IMG/VR virus record: IMGVR_UViG_3300009034_000014
Location: 1 to 64,000 of that record
DNA: 64,000 bases
Direction: 5' to 3' (one strand)
Origin: a virus
Positions 16,969 through 27,229 of the stretch are shown here, piece by piece. The position numbers and the translations under genes are program-made. The notes under the pieces were generated by a model that made no database searches, was not told where the DNA came from, and was given only the letters and a program-made list of their open reading frames with translations. Each line of letters begins with the position of its first letter. Position 1 is the first letter of the stretch.

Positions 16969-19121
16969 TTCGAGACTCCTTTCAGTTCGGCGATCAACTT
17001 CTCGCCGATCTGTCTGTGGTATTTCGGCAAAATCCTACGAGCCAGCCAGACCTGGCCATCGGTCAGCGGATCGGTCAATGATTTCTCGGCCAGTTCCTTG
17101 CCCACTCTGGTGTCGATCTTGTTGAATCCGCAGCCGTCCAGCGCCCGCGCGCCGTCACAACCTTCAGCTAGCATCTGTAGACCTTTCGCTGCGGCCTCTC
17201 GCTGAGCGTCCGTGGCTTTCGGGTAACTCTTCGGCCGCGCCGCACGCTTCCGATCATCGGTCGGTACCACGATGTCGGTCGAGTTGTCCAGCGCAGCGTC
17301 GGCCACCTCCTGTTTCTCGACCAGGACGTGGGCCATCCTTGCGTCGAGGCTGCCGTCCACCACCAGGTGCTGCACGAGCACCGACTCGGTCTGACCGATC
17401 CGGTGCGTCCGGTCCTCAGCCTGCGTCACATTCGCCGGCACCCAATCCAGCTCCGCGAATACCACATGGCTGGCTGCCGTGAGAGTGAGCCCTACGCCAG
17501 CGGCCGTGATCGACCCGATGAAAACCTTCACCGCCGAATCACTCTGGAATCGATCCACCGCGGTCTGCCGATCGGCTTGGCTCGTGTCTCCGGTCAGCCG
17601 CACGGCGCTGTCGCCGTAGTGCTCGGCCAGCGCCGCGATCACGTCCTTGTGGTGCGCGAAGGCCACGATCTTCTCGACGCCGGATTCTAGCGCGCCGTCG
17701 ATGTGGTCAATGACGGCCGGGATCTTGGCCACGGCCACGGCGTGCCGCAGTTTCGAGATCTCGGTGAAGGCTGCCTTCGCCGCCTCGCTCAGTTTCCCGA
17801 CCGCGGCCCGGTACGATTTGTCATCCCCCGCCGCGTGCGCGAGGTCAGCCTCGTCCCGTAGCTCGGCCAGCCGGTCCTCGTGCTGACGGAAGGCCTTCTG
17901 CTCCGCGCGCACTGCCGCGCCAGCGCCATTCGGCGCCAGCTCGACCACCTGGCGTCGCTTCGCCGGCAGCTCTGAGAGCACGTCTTTTTTCAACCGCCTC
18001 ACCATCACCAGCGCCCGGAGCCGCGCCTGTAGCTCGTCGAGATGAGACGCGCCGCTGAAGGACCAGCCGAATCGATTCTGCTGCGCGTCGCAGTAGCGTT
18101 TCGCGAAGCGAAAGAAGTTTCCAAACTCGCTCGGCAGCATCGCCGCCAGCACGGGCTGGATCTCAATCGGCCGATTCAGGAGGGGCGTCCCCGTAAGAAA
18201 GAGCTTGCGCTTGCAGCGGTCGACCAGACCGGGCTTGCGCTCATCGTCCTTCTTGCGGGGCGGCACTCCGAGCACGCGCTTCGTCCGCTGTGCTTTCTGA
18301 GATTTTACCTTGTGGGCCTCGTCCACGATCAAGAGATCCCACTCCCGCGCCATCAGCGCGTCAAAAACCTTGCCCTTCACGCGATCATAATTGCAGATCA
18401 CGATCTGGGCGTCGTCCGGGATCGGGTTGCCGTTCTCGACGACGTGGATCCGGAATTCCCGGACCAGCCACTTCTCCGCCTCGCGCCGCCAGTTGATCCG
18501 GAGGCTGGCGGGGACGATGACCAGCACCGTCCGAATTTCAGGACTGGCATTAATGACGCCAAGAGCCTGGATCGTCTTACCAAGTCCCATGGTATCGGCC
18601 AGGAGTGTCGATTCTCGCGCCATCGCATAGGCGATTCCAGCGCGCTGAAATGGCAGATACTCCAGCCCCTCTGGCGCGGGCACGTCGATCTCTGCGTCAG
18701 CGGCTCTGGACTGCTCGACAGCCTGCTCAGTCTCGGATAGCCGATCTCGCACGGCATCGACAGCGTACTGTATCAGCCGGACAGCGATAGCGCGATCAGA
18801 GGTCCACCACCGCTTCTTGTCGCGATCCCACCGGAATCCGGCCTGTTTCGGAATCTCACGGTGATCGTAGTCACAGCGGCAGACGTAGCGATCACCGTCC
18901 AGCACGATCCGCGCCACAGGGGCCAGCACGCAGAGGAAGCTCTCCACTCCATCGGCCGCGCCCTTCTCTTCGTCAGACAGCTCCGGGCCGTCCTGTGGCG
19001 CGGTCTGCGGGCACGACACGTGCCGTGCGGGCTGGCCACGGCTCCACTCGATCTCCGCACCGACCGCGATCTCCTCTCCGCAGTCGGCGCAAACACCGCT
19101 ATATTTCGCGCGGATGACCAT
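16965..19121 (-). CDS. SNF2/SMARCAL1-like helicase with N-terminal Zn module
   Basis: LADTMGLGKT, DEAH, LTGTP, QAEDRTHRIGQ. Confidence 0.93.
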   Translation of the reverse strand: MVIRAKYSGVCADCGEEIAVGAEIEWSRGQPARHVSCPQTAPQDGPELSDEEKGAADGVESFLCVLAPVARIVLDGDRYVCRCDYDHREIPKQAGFRWDRDKKRWWTSDRAIAVRLIQYAVDAVRDRLSETEQAVEQSRAADAEIDVPAPEGLEYLPFQRAGIAYAMARESTLLADTMGLGKTIQALGVINASPEIRTVLVIVPASLRINWRREAEKWLVREFRIHVVENGNPIPDDAQIVICNYDRVKGKVFDALMAREWDLLIVDEAHKVKSQKAQRTKRVLGVPPRKKDDERKPGLVDRCKRKLFLTGTPLLNRPIEIQPVLAAMLPSEFGNFFRFAKRYCDAQQNRFGWSFSGASHLDELQARLRALVMVRRLKKDVLSELPAKRRQVVELAPNGAGAAVRAEQKAFRQHEDRLAELRDEADLAHAAGDDKSYRAAVGKLSEAAKAAFTEISKLRHAVAVAKIPAVIDHIDGALESGVEKIVAFAHHKDVIAALAEHYGDSAVRLTGDTSQADRQTAVDRFQSDSAVKVFIGSITAAGVGLTLTAASHVVFAELDWVPANVTQAEDRTHRIGQTESVLVQHLVVDGSLDARMAHVLVEKQEVADAALDNSTDIVVPTDDRKRAARPKSYPKATDAQREAAAKGLQMLAEGCDGARALDGCGFNKIDTRVGKELAEKSLTDPLTDGQVWLARRILPKYHRQIGEKLIAELKGVSK

Positions 19122-19321
19122 CACACCGCGCCGCAACGAGGGCATTCCCAGCCCTCATCTGTGGAGAGCCACAGCTCCCCGCAATACGCACATGTGCCAT
19201 CTGCGGGGACCACTGTCCATCGCCCCCCACACGGACAGTGCATCTCTTGTAGACCGGGAGAAAACCCGGCATCGATGTCCAAGATCTCGTCACCACATTT
19301 GTCACATCTTGATTTCGCCAT
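19121..19321 (-). CDS. Multi-CxxC zinc-ribbon protein
   Basis: CDKC, CPC, CAYC, CPRC. Confidence 0.65.
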   Translation of the reverse strand: MAKSRCDKCGDEILDIDAGFSPGLQEMHCPCGGRWTVVPADGTCAYCGELWLSTDEGWECPRCGAV

Positions 19322-19367
19322 CGTACACCTCCCGCGCCCTCCAGGGCGCAAAGTCTGGGGCACTCGG

Positions 19368-19616
19368 TCAGCACCCGCAGTAGCTATCCGACCATTCCCC
19401 ATCCGGGGTCATGTCGGAAAATGTGAAATTCCGGCCGCACTCCCAGCAGTTTTTCGTCTCTGCTGAACGCCGGCGGGGAGCGCGGGTGGTCGTACTCGAT
19501 CCGGCGCAGTCTACGTGCCGAGCACCGCCGCTCTTGCTCCACTCGATCCGGTCACCGACGCTGATCGCGCCGCCGCACACTCGGCAGGTCCCTCGATATT
19601 TCGCCGTGATCGTCAT
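19368..19616 (-). CDS. Small Zn-binding protein sharing the helicase N-terminal module
   Basis: ITAKYRGTCRVCG..I.VGDRIEWSK...RHVDC. Confidence 0.7.
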   Translation of the reverse strand: MTITAKYRGTCRVCGGAISVGDRIEWSKSGGARHVDCAGSSTTTRAPRRRSAETKNCWECGRNFTFSDMTPDGEWSDSYCGC

Positions 19617-19852
19617 GACTCCTCCTCGTCGTCGTCCAGCCCGTCCTCGCGGTACAGATCCAGCTCGCACCGCGGAGCGCAGTCACCGCAGAGCCATCCC
19701 GCCGTACTCCCGTCTTCTCTAAGGATCCGGCGAAAAGCCTCGCGGCGGCCTTCGGCCCGGCCGCACGACATGCAGACGACGACGGGGTGAGATGACACGT
19801 GAGTGTCCCCGCCGCCGCCTGCAATTTGAGTTTTTTTGCTTGTCCGTGTCAT
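19613..19852 (-). CDS. Small Zn-finger protein, first gene of the sigma54 operon
   Basis: CMSC...CGDC. Confidence 0.6.
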   Translation of the reverse strand: MTRTSKKTQIAGGGGDTHVSSHPVVVCMSCGRAEGRREAFRRILREDGSTAGWLCGDCAPRCELDLYREDGLDDDEEES

Positions 19853-19868
19853 CTCGGTTTATTATTAC

Positions 19869-19913
19869 TGCAAATAACGTGCCGTAGCAAATCTGTGTAG
19901 AATCAATGACTTA
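19869..19913 (-). promoter_or_regulatory. Sigma54 (-24/-12) promoter with upstream IHF site
   Basis: Minus strand CGGCACG-TTAT-TTGCA (19884-19869) versus consensus TGGCACG-N4-TTGCW; AATCAAtgacTTA (19901-19913) matches WATCAR-N4-TTR. Confidence 0.8.
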
Positions 19914-20299
19914 TGCGGCGCTCACTGTCCCCATTTAGACACACACCTATGCAAGCTTTTCACTTATGTAATGATTTCACTGAACTTAGCTGCTATGCAG
20001 TATTTTACCATATACGAAATTATTACATAGTTTTTCGAAGCGTTTACAGGCCGCGTGAGCCTCTGTTTCGGATCGAGGCATAGTCTACTATTCATCGACC
20101 GAAACGCGCGCGCTGTGGGCGCCGCTATCGATTCAGTATGTACCTGATATCTGTAGCGTTTTTCGGCCTATCGCGAACAGAGGCATTCTGGTGCTTCTCT
20201 CTGGTGATCCGGCGAAATGAGGTGATTTGTAAACCACTAATATTACGTAGGTATTTCTGATGCGTAGGATTATGATTTGGAGGGGGATGGGGAGGGCTA

Positions 20300-20680
20300 T
20301 CAGGTCAAGGAGTCCAGCCTCGCCTGGTAGGCGTCGATCACGGCCTGGAGCATGAGCACGTTCCGGATGACCAAGGCCTGGCCTTGCTTGAAGCGCATAA
20401 ATTCCTCGGTTGCTTCCAGTTGACTGCGGATCTTCCACTCGGAAATTTTCCGATCCCGATCTAGCAGCGCGCTGGAATACACAGCTCGCCACTGTCGATA
20501 CTCGGCATCGATCAGGATCTCCTGCTCGCGTGCTCCCGCGAGCGCGAGGCCGAAGGAGAGTATCTCGCCAGCCAACGCTTCCGGATTTTTCTCCCGCGCG
20601 ATCTCCAGCGGGAACGGAATCCGGATATCCTTTTCTCCGATTCGGATAACGATTTCGGAGCTACTCTTGTCAGCCTTCAT
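20300..20680 (-). CDS. Hypothetical helical protein
   Basis: Last ORF of the late operon. Confidence 0.65.
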   Translation of the reverse strand: MKADKSSSEIVIRIGEKDIRIPFPLEIAREKNPEALAGEILSFGLALAGAREQEILIDAEYRQWRAVYSSALLDRDRKISEWKIRSQLEATEEFMRFKQGQALVIRNVLMLQAVIDAYQARLDSLT

Positions 20681-20933
20681 CCTCGCATACCTTTCTCTTA
20701 TCGCGGTTATTGCGTGAGCAGATCTTGTTTTTCAAAGTTTTTAATTTCTGGATCTGCGCGTCGATGTCGTCGAGGCACATCTTGCTCTTGCTGTCATGGC
20801 GATGACACTGCTTCGCGCGCTCGCCCCGCACTTTCATGCCGTGATTCTCGTAACGATCCGGGAAGTCTTCGGCGTCGCCGTCACCGTCGTCGCTATTGGA
20901 ACGCTTACGCAGGAAACTCCAGGGCCACCACAT
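20670..20933 (-). CDS. Hypothetical protein
   Basis: Packed ORF; start uncertain. Confidence 0.5.
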   Translation of the reverse strand: MWWPWSFLRKRSNSDDGDGDAEDFPDRYENHGMKVRGERAKQCHRHDSKSKMCLDDIDAQIQKLKTLKNKICSRNNRDKRKVCEDEG

Positions 20934-20937
20934 TGGA

Positions 20938-21153
20938 TCACTCCCCTTCTCCGACGGCATCGGTCAGCGCCGCTATCGTCTCGTTCAGCTCGGTGGATAG
21001 CGAAGTGTACTTCGCCAGATACTTTTCTGTCTTTGCCTCTAGACGATCATATAGCCGGGTTACCTGCCGATCTTTTCGGATAGCGAACCAGATCGCGATT
21101 ACGGCTATTCCCGCGAGCCCCGTCTGTCTGAGGATTTCAAGCAGAGTGTTCAT
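20938..21153 (-). CDS. Holin-like protein with one TM segment
   Basis: TM segment then coiled coil, within the lysis cluster. Confidence 0.55.
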   Translation of the reverse strand: MNTLLEILRQTGLAGIAVIAIWFAIRKDRQVTRLYDRLEAKTEKYLAKYTSLSTELNETIAALTDAVGEGE

Positions 21154-21536
21154 CTCAGCGCCTTGGTGAGCTCGGCGCCAGCGAAGAACACGGCGACCGT
21201 GACGCCAACACCAACGATGAAACCGAGAAGACGATTGAACTCAGACGTTGCATACCATTTCTCCGGTCGGGTTGCCGCCTCCAACTTCGTAGTATAAACC
21301 TTCTCCACTTCGAGAACAAGGTTCTCCTGAATGCGAAGTCGCGCCTCCAACTCTTCGATCTGTAGCTCTAGATCCAGATACTCGGTGAAGCGGCTCTCTG
21401 GCACGAGTATGCCAGAAAATGGCGCGGGCTGTTTCTTCAGTATCGGAGCGTTGTCCTGTGGTGGTGTGGCGAGGTCCTGCGCGAAGATCGGGGCGGAGAG
21501 CAGCAACGCGATCAGGATCATGGCGATCAACTTCAT
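21150..21536 (-). CDS. Secreted/membrane lysis-cluster protein (spanin-like)
   Basis: Signal peptide, APFSGILV, coiled coil, C-terminal TM. Confidence 0.6.
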   Translation of the reverse strand: MKLIAMILIALLLSAPIFAQDLATPPQDNAPILKKQPAPFSGILVPESRFTEYLDLELQIEELEARLRIQENLVLEVEKVYTTKLEAATRPEKWYATSEFNRLLGFIVGVGVTVAVFFAGAELTKALR

Positions 21537-21832
21537 CGCGCCCTCCGTCTGTTCGAGAACATGGACAAGGCATGAAGACGTGTTGCCTCATCGGGGATTG
21601 CTTTGATCCCATCCAACTCCTTTCGACGTTGCCGCATTTCTCGGCTGAGCTTTTGGTACTTGGTCTCCGCCGCATCCTTGAGTCTGGCCGCTTCCCTCTT
21701 CGCTTGGACGAAGAGATCGCGCTTGCTCTTCCTCGGGAGAATCCTGGTTAGCAGGTAGAGCCCCGCAGCCAGGATCAAGAGGATCCACAAACCCCAGCGT
21801 CGTACCCAGTCGCAGAAGGAGTTGGCTGCCAT
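21533..21832 (-). CDS. Membrane-anchored coiled-coil protein (i-spanin-like)
   Basis: N-terminal TM plus coiled coil. Confidence 0.55.
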   Translation of the reverse strand: MAANSFCDWVRRWGLWILLILAAGLYLLTRILPRKSKRDLFVQAKREAARLKDAAETKYQKLSREMRQRRKELDGIKAIPDEATRLHALSMFSNRRRAR

Positions 21833-22425
21833 CAAACCATCCCAGGCTTCTTCTTGTCCGCGTTTCCGGCCGTGAGAAGATTGTGCAGCCCGACCGACGC
21901 CAGCGCGGTGACCGCAGCGAAGACGCCGGCGATCACAGCCTTCCACCATTCGGTTCCTGCGGCGAGCGCGGTGAGGCAAGCCAGGATCCCGCCGAGTCCA
22001 GCCGCGACCCAGGGCTTGTACTTCTTCCACCCCTTCTTCTCAAGCCACGCGTTCAGGGGCTTGAACCGGAGCACGAGCATCAGCAGACCGATCAGGGAAA
22101 TGAATCCAGCGAGCAGACCAACACCGCGGAAATCGGTCACGACCTTCTCCAGCGACTTGAACAGCTCGTCAAGTGTGACTTCTCCCTCTTCTGCCGAACT
22201 GCCCTCTCCGCTCGATTCCGAGCCCTCTGAGGCGTTCCCTTCTCCGGACGGTTCAGCCATCGCAGACGTAGCCTCCGGTTCATCCTGCGTGGCTAGAGCG
22301 AGCATGGCATGTGTTTCTGTGCCTGTGGCGTGCGCAAGATCTGTCGACTCCGCTAAAGCCAGACCGCCGAGAGCGAGAAGTGTGCATAATCCCAGGATCA
22401 GCGCTACGGTTTTTGATTGTCTCAT
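21832..22425 (-). CDS. Multi-TM membrane protein (holin candidate)
   Basis: Signal sequence plus three hydrophobic segments; follows the endolysin. Confidence 0.6.
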   Translation of the reverse strand: MRQSKTVALILGLCTLLALGGLALAESTDLAHATGTETHAMLALATQDEPEATSAMAEPSGEGNASEGSESSGEGSSAEEGEVTLDELFKSLEKVVTDFRGVGLLAGFISLIGLLMLVLRFKPLNAWLEKKGWKKYKPWVAAGLGGILACLTALAAGTEWWKAVIAGVFAAVTALASVGLHNLLTAGNADKKKPGMV

Positions 22426-22452
22426 GATATGTCTCCTTTTTTTTAAAAGAGG

Positions 22453-23148
22453 TTAAATTCCAGTCGCTAGCTGAAAATGCATGGGATCCAGAATCCGCCA
22501 GCGGCCCCCCCACTTCCAGCCGTGGCGCTCGAAGACATCCACGATGCCGGGGTGGAGGTTGCCGCGTGTGCCCGGCTGGTTCGTCGCTTGGTTGATGTCC
22601 ACAGCCACTCCATACGAGTGCAGGGACAGTCCCCATCGCGGGTCATGGAACTTATGGCGCGGGCACCAGGACCCGAACTGGAGGATATCGCGGTCGAGGC
22701 CCCGCTTCTCGATCTCCACCAGCACCGAGGTCAGGACAGGCTCTAGTTTCTGGTGCAGGAGCTGCCGGCCAACGACCGGGAAGTTGAACTCAGATATGTA
22801 GTCCGCGAAGTTGTTCACGATGCGCACGTACCCGCCTTCGGTATCTTCGAACTCGATGTGGCCGAACTGCTTCTCCACCTCGGCCAGACCGTGAGGAACA
22901 GGTAGCAGTATGTTCTCGTCACGATTCGCCCACGCAGCTACAGCCTCGGTCACAGCACACTCCGTCTTCTCGTCAACGATCCCATCGCAAAAGTAACGCT
23001 CCTGGAACGCGAACACAGCATCACGCGTGCGCCACCCGAACTCGCCGTCCACCAGGTGAGGATAGAACCCTAGAGCCTTGAGGTTCTCCTGCAGCCTGCG
23101 GACGGGCTCGCCGCGACTGCCGATCGTCGCTGGCTTGATCAGGCTCAC
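22453..23148 (-). CDS. Endolysin: PG-binding domain + M15 peptidase
   Basis: GSRGEPVRRLQ...DGEFG..T..AV..FQ; SLHSYGVAVDIN; WGGRW..DPMHFQ. Confidence 0.92.
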   Translation of the reverse strand: MSLIKPATIGSRGEPVRRLQENLKALGFYPHLVDGEFGWRTRDAVFAFQERYFCDGIVDEKTECAVTEAVAAWANRDENILLPVPHGLAEVEKQFGHIEFEDTEGGYVRIVNNFADYISEFNFPVVGRQLLHQKLEPVLTSVLVEIEKRGLDRDILQFGSWCPRHKFHDPRWGLSLHSYGVAVDINQATNQPGTRGNLHPGIVDVFERHGWKWGGRWRILDPMHFQLATGI

Positions 23149-23561
23149 TCTTTCACCTCGCCTTTTTCTTCCGGCTCCGTGGTGTCCAGGAGATTACCAT
23201 CGTTGTCCACAGCCTCGATCTTGTCCGCTTTGAACGACTCTTTCAGCTCGTTCAGATTCATACCCACAGATTCGTCGCCTGGCACCACCTTCAGCTCCGG
23301 AGTCGTCGCGCGTGCTTCCTCAGCCGAGATCAGGATCTGTGCGAACGCGTCGCGCTGGCCACTCATGCGCAATAGCTGCGCCTTCAGCGCTTCAAGCTGC
23401 TGGGCCGATGTCTGTACCTTCTGCTGAGTCTGCGTGACTTGCTGGTTTACCTCGTTGAATTTCTTCAACGCCATGGTCTCCAGCTCGGTCGGTAGCGCGC
23501 GCTTGCCAGCCAGCACTCCTTGCAGGTACTCGTTGATTTCCTTCTCGTTCATTTTCCTCAT
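23145..23561 (-). CDS. Coiled-coil protein, possible tail-fiber chaperone
   Basis: Position after the fiber gene; GGAGG RBS. Confidence 0.55.
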   Translation of the reverse strand: MRKMNEKEINEYLQGVLAGKRALPTELETMALKKFNEVNQQVTQTQQKVQTSAQQLEALKAQLLRMSGQRDAFAQILISAEEARATTPELKVVPGDESVGMNLNELKESFKADKIEAVDNDGNLLDTTEPEEKGEVKE

Positions 23562-23622
23562 GGGCTTCGTGCCTCCTTTCTCTTGGACTAGATAGTAACA
23601 ATCCTGGATCATGAAAGCAAGA

Positions 23623-26028
23623 TCAAGGCGCGTTCGTAGTCCAGAAAGGCATCCATCTCGTGTCCGTAGCGACAAAGATCTTCAGCCAGCCTATAGAATC
23701 CGCGTTGTTCGCCGTATCCATTTTCACAGTCCCGGTCCCTGATGACACTGCAGATGTTGTTACGCCGGTGAAGGTGACTGATGAACTTGAACCGCTACCG
23801 GGATCGGCAGATACTCGGGCTTGCGAAGCAATCATGTTCCCGGATAGATTCGCATTACCCCACCGATTGCCAGTGGTTCCGAGATCCCCACCGCCGTCAC
23901 TGCCACAGTGCAGATTCCCATATACCAGGAGCGAGGCAAACGCAGTGCCAGAACCGCGGATGAATTTCAGAACGTCGGCGCCAGCTCCCGCAGCATCCGT
24001 CAGCGTTACTAACTTGAGATCCCCACCGCCATCGTCCGTGGTCGTCAACCTCCAGCGGCCCTCGTTTGTGCCTATCCCAGTTTCGAAAGTGATCATATCC
24101 AAGAAGAAGGTATTACCTGAAGATCCTTCTATTATTAGCGGTAGCGCTGAGATCGTCAGTAGCGGGACAAAAAACTGCACATCGTGCACCGTATAGACAT
24201 CTCCTGTATCGCGATGAATGTGTATCGCTGGATTAGAATCACTTTTGTCGTTGTTATATGCGGAGATGATTAGATCCCCAATTGACGCAGCAATGCCCCA
24301 GTTTTCTCTTGCATCCGACTGATCTAATTCCTCTAGGTAGACTCTTGGGACGCCAGAAGTTATGCGTGCGCGAATCTCCTGCCCGATTATCTCTCCCCAC
24401 GGTCGATCGCTGGCTCCCAATGAATAGTTGCCTCCACCAGCTACGCGTTCTACGATGGACTGCGCGAACAGCGAGTCGTTGAGGTAAGTCGGTTCGTAAA
24501 TATCGATCTGCGTTACTGCTGTTGCCGTTCCGCGCGTAACTTTCATGAATACTGAACCAGTGGCACCGATGTCTGTGAGTGTCGTGAATTCCAGATCATC
24601 ACCGGTATCCACGCGAATTGCCCAGAGCTTCTCATTGGATGCCGCGCCCGTATCGTAGATTTGAATCGTCGGCGCCGCGCTTCGTACGGATAACTTCTCG
24701 CCGTAAATCGCCTGGAAGAGATCTGTCGTTGATCCAATATCCACTGAACCGATGGGCAGCAGATTTCCAGTCATACCCATGCTGCCCGTTACCTTCAGCG
24801 CATTGGTTCCATCATAAGCACCACCTATTCCGATCCGGCCCGTATCGCCGTCTATAGCGAAGGCCGTAGCGACTCCACCATCGGTGCTGTGCGTCCACTC
24901 GCCTTGAATAGCGTGCGTATCCGTGTCCGCATCGCCCGCCGTGAGGTTATCTGTGATGGTCTCGGACGAATTAACCTGTACCACGTCCTCCTGCGTGGTC
25001 GTGCCTTTTACCGTCAAGTCACCTTCCATGGTGACATCCCCGGCTTCGTTGACCTTGAACATAACGCCGGTCCCGAGCTTCGTGACTCGGATCTGATCAA
25101 CTCCGGACTCACCGGCAAGTGCTTGCACGTCAATTTTGAGCCTGTCTGGAGGAACGCTTTCATACCTTGTGATCTGTGTTAGATCGGAAAGCGGGATGGC
25201 CATGAGATTTTGTTCCGTGGTGTCGAATGTAGACGGTGGGTTGCCAGCCCCAGCCCCGGTCACATTCCCGACGTAACACCATGCGGGTAAAGTCCTCAGA
25301 TCCGTGCCACGGCTTACGCGCGGGCCGATCAGAACCACTACGTAGTCCCCCGTGGTTGTCGATGGTGAGTCCTGTCCGAAATCACCAGCGCCGCCCGTGG
25401 CCCACGTAGTGGTAGTAATCTTGTTATCCGTAGCGTCCCAGACCACGGTGCAGATCTCCAGGGCCTTGGCGTAGACTACCGCGGATTTCTCCAGCACTTT
25501 CTTGTACACCGCGACTTTCCGCCCCGCATTGGATATGTTTGGCGTACCATCCTCCGTAACGCGGTTGACCTTGAACGTCATCGTCCCGTTTAAGTTGTCT
25601 ACAACACCGTCTGGCGTGCCCTCCCAGCCAACAACCTCCTCCATTCGATCCCAGTGCGGCACTCCGTCCGCTGGTGAGACAGCGAGGCTCTCGGGTAGTA
25701 TCTCTGCCTTCATACCAACGTGGTAAGTCACAGTGACTTGGTTCTCAAACTTGATATCCACGAAATCAGCGGAACGCGCATCGAGATCCAGGAAGTTGCC
25801 TGCACCATCGATCCCCACGATCCCCTTGCCCGAAAATCCGGAGATATCGAATTCATCCGCCCCGCTCGCTATGAGAGTAAGCGCGTCGAAGACACCAGAG
25901 CTGGCGAAGACGGAAGCCACGATGTCTTTATCGTGGTTGCGCAGGAAGTCCAGGAACTCGGTTTTGAACCGGTCAACGCCAAGAATTCGATTGACCGAGA
26001 GGTTCACGTACTTGTCAGCGGTAGCCAT
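23623..26028 (-). CDS. Tail fiber protein
   Basis: Position after the baseplate; Gly/Thr-rich beta repeats (GRIGIG, DLG...W) and internal repeated modules. Confidence 0.8.
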   Translation of the reverse strand: MATADKYVNLSVNRILGVDRFKTEFLDFLRNHDKDIVASVFASSGVFDALTLIASGADEFDISGFSGKGIVGIDGAGNFLDLDARSADFVDIKFENQVTVTYHVGMKAEILPESLAVSPADGVPHWDRMEEVVGWEGTPDGVVDNLNGTMTFKVNRVTEDGTPNISNAGRKVAVYKKVLEKSAVVYAKALEICTVVWDATDNKITTTTWATGGAGDFGQDSPSTTTGDYVVVLIGPRVSRGTDLRTLPAWCYVGNVTGAGAGNPPSTFDTTEQNLMAIPLSDLTQITRYESVPPDRLKIDVQALAGESGVDQIRVTKLGTGVMFKVNEAGDVTMEGDLTVKGTTTQEDVVQVNSSETITDNLTAGDADTDTHAIQGEWTHSTDGGVATAFAIDGDTGRIGIGGAYDGTNALKVTGSMGMTGNLLPIGSVDIGSTTDLFQAIYGEKLSVRSAAPTIQIYDTGAASNEKLWAIRVDTGDDLEFTTLTDIGATGSVFMKVTRGTATAVTQIDIYEPTYLNDSLFAQSIVERVAGGGNYSLGASDRPWGEIIGQEIRARITSGVPRVYLEELDQSDARENWGIAASIGDLIISAYNNDKSDSNPAIHIHRDTGDVYTVHDVQFFVPLLTISALPLIIEGSSGNTFFLDMITFETGIGTNEGRWRLTTTDDGGGDLKLVTLTDAAGAGADVLKFIRGSGTAFASLLVYGNLHCGSDGGGDLGTTGNRWGNANLSGNMIASQARVSADPGSGSSSSVTFTGVTTSAVSSGTGTVKMDTANNADSIGWLKIFVATDTRWMPFWTTNAP

Positions 26029-26046
26029 TATTCTCACTCCTCAAAG

Positions 26047-27225
26047 CTAGTAGTTGATTTCCACCGTCTCGGTCTCCACCGGAAGACCAAGGACCTCGAT
26101 CTCATCGAACTCTGCCTTTACAGTCCCGCCGTAGGGACCCACTGAGCCCTTTGTCCACGTTGCGTCCGTCGTGTTGATCAATTCCATTCCGTTCCAATAG
26201 ACCACGATCCTGTTCGTTGCGCCCCCGGGTGAGCCCTCGGGCGAGATCTGAATACGCAGGCCATACCAAACATTTTCTTGCAGTGCGTAGGGCATGCCGC
26301 TGAAGTCGTAGGTAACGAGCGTCGCTGGCGTTCCGCCAGTCAGCTTATAGAGACGTAGCCGATTCTGTGCAACATTCAGCGCGGCATAGTACCCATCTTT
26401 CAGCGTTGCGTCTAAGTAGAACAGAAGCCCGAAGTCTCCAGCGGTGCCAATACAGCGTGTCCGAGTGAACGCGACGTAACTGTCCCAGTCAGCACTACCA
26501 GCGACATTCGCTGCCAGATACTGCTCTTGCGTTGCGTTCTGCAGCTTCAGTGCGCCGTCTGCGACGATGGGCGAATCGCCTACCACGGAATCCCACTGGC
26601 TCCAATCGCCTAGGATGTTGAATAAATCCAGGAGTGCAAGATACACGATCCTGTAGCGCTCCCCGCACGGACGCATGAGGTTCAGGATGTCTTTAACCAT
26701 CGTTCGGTCGGCAGTGCCTGTGTCCACGATGCGCACATTAGACCAGTACTCCCGACCCTCGGTCGGACCCGGGAAGTACACCATCCACGGATCGCGGCCC
26801 TGATGTTCTTCCGAAAGTATCGTCTCGTTCGTCACCCACCGGAAGTCAAACCAGTTCCAGATCCGGCTACGACCCGGCACAAGCAGGCTCACCACGCGGA
26901 TGATCGAGTCCTCGGTACTCCGCGCTTTCCAGATGGGAATCGATGCGGCGATCAGTCTTCGCAGAGTCTCCGCGTCCATTTCGGCAGTTATCCCGTCCAG
27001 ATCTGGCGTCCAGCCGACAATCAGCTTCAGGTACTTGAGGTAATCGTCCGGGCAGTCGGTCACGGACCACAGATTCTTTATCGACTCAATCTTGTCGATG
27101 ATCGTCTGCCAGACTGCCTGCCCGCCTTGCAGGAGACGGCGGACGAACTCGTTGCCCTTCTGCACGTCCTGATCCCTGATCGGTTTGATCAGGAAATCAT
27201 ACATATCGAGATCCAAGGTCGGCAT
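26047..27225 (-). CDS. Baseplate wedge/tail protein (P2 gpI-like) with C-terminal lectin-like domain
   Basis: CPDDYLKYL..IVGW...RRLI..SIPIWKARST. Confidence 0.75.
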   Translation of the reverse strand: MPTLDLDMYDFLIKPIRDQDVQKGNEFVRRLLQGGQAVWQTIIDKIESIKNLWSVTDCPDDYLKYLKLIVGWTPDLDGITAEMDAETLRRLIAASIPIWKARSTEDSIIRVVSLLVPGRSRIWNWFDFRWVTNETILSEEHQGRDPWMVYFPGPTEGREYWSNVRIVDTGTADRTMVKDILNLMRPCGERYRIVYLALLDLFNILGDWSQWDSVVGDSPIVADGALKLQNATQEQYLAANVAGSADWDSYVAFTRTRCIGTAGDFGLLFYLDATLKDGYYAALNVAQNRLRLYKLTGGTPATLVTYDFSGMPYALQENVWYGLRIQISPEGSPGGATNRIVVYWNGMELINTTDATWTKGSVGPYGGTVKAEFDEIEVLGLPVETETVEINY

Positions 27226-27229
27226 CTTA

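Noticed and set aside
20002-20030. Xer dif-like site
   Set aside because: Only a partial match to the XerD arm and a poor XerC arm; more simply part of the AT-rich sigma54 upstream region
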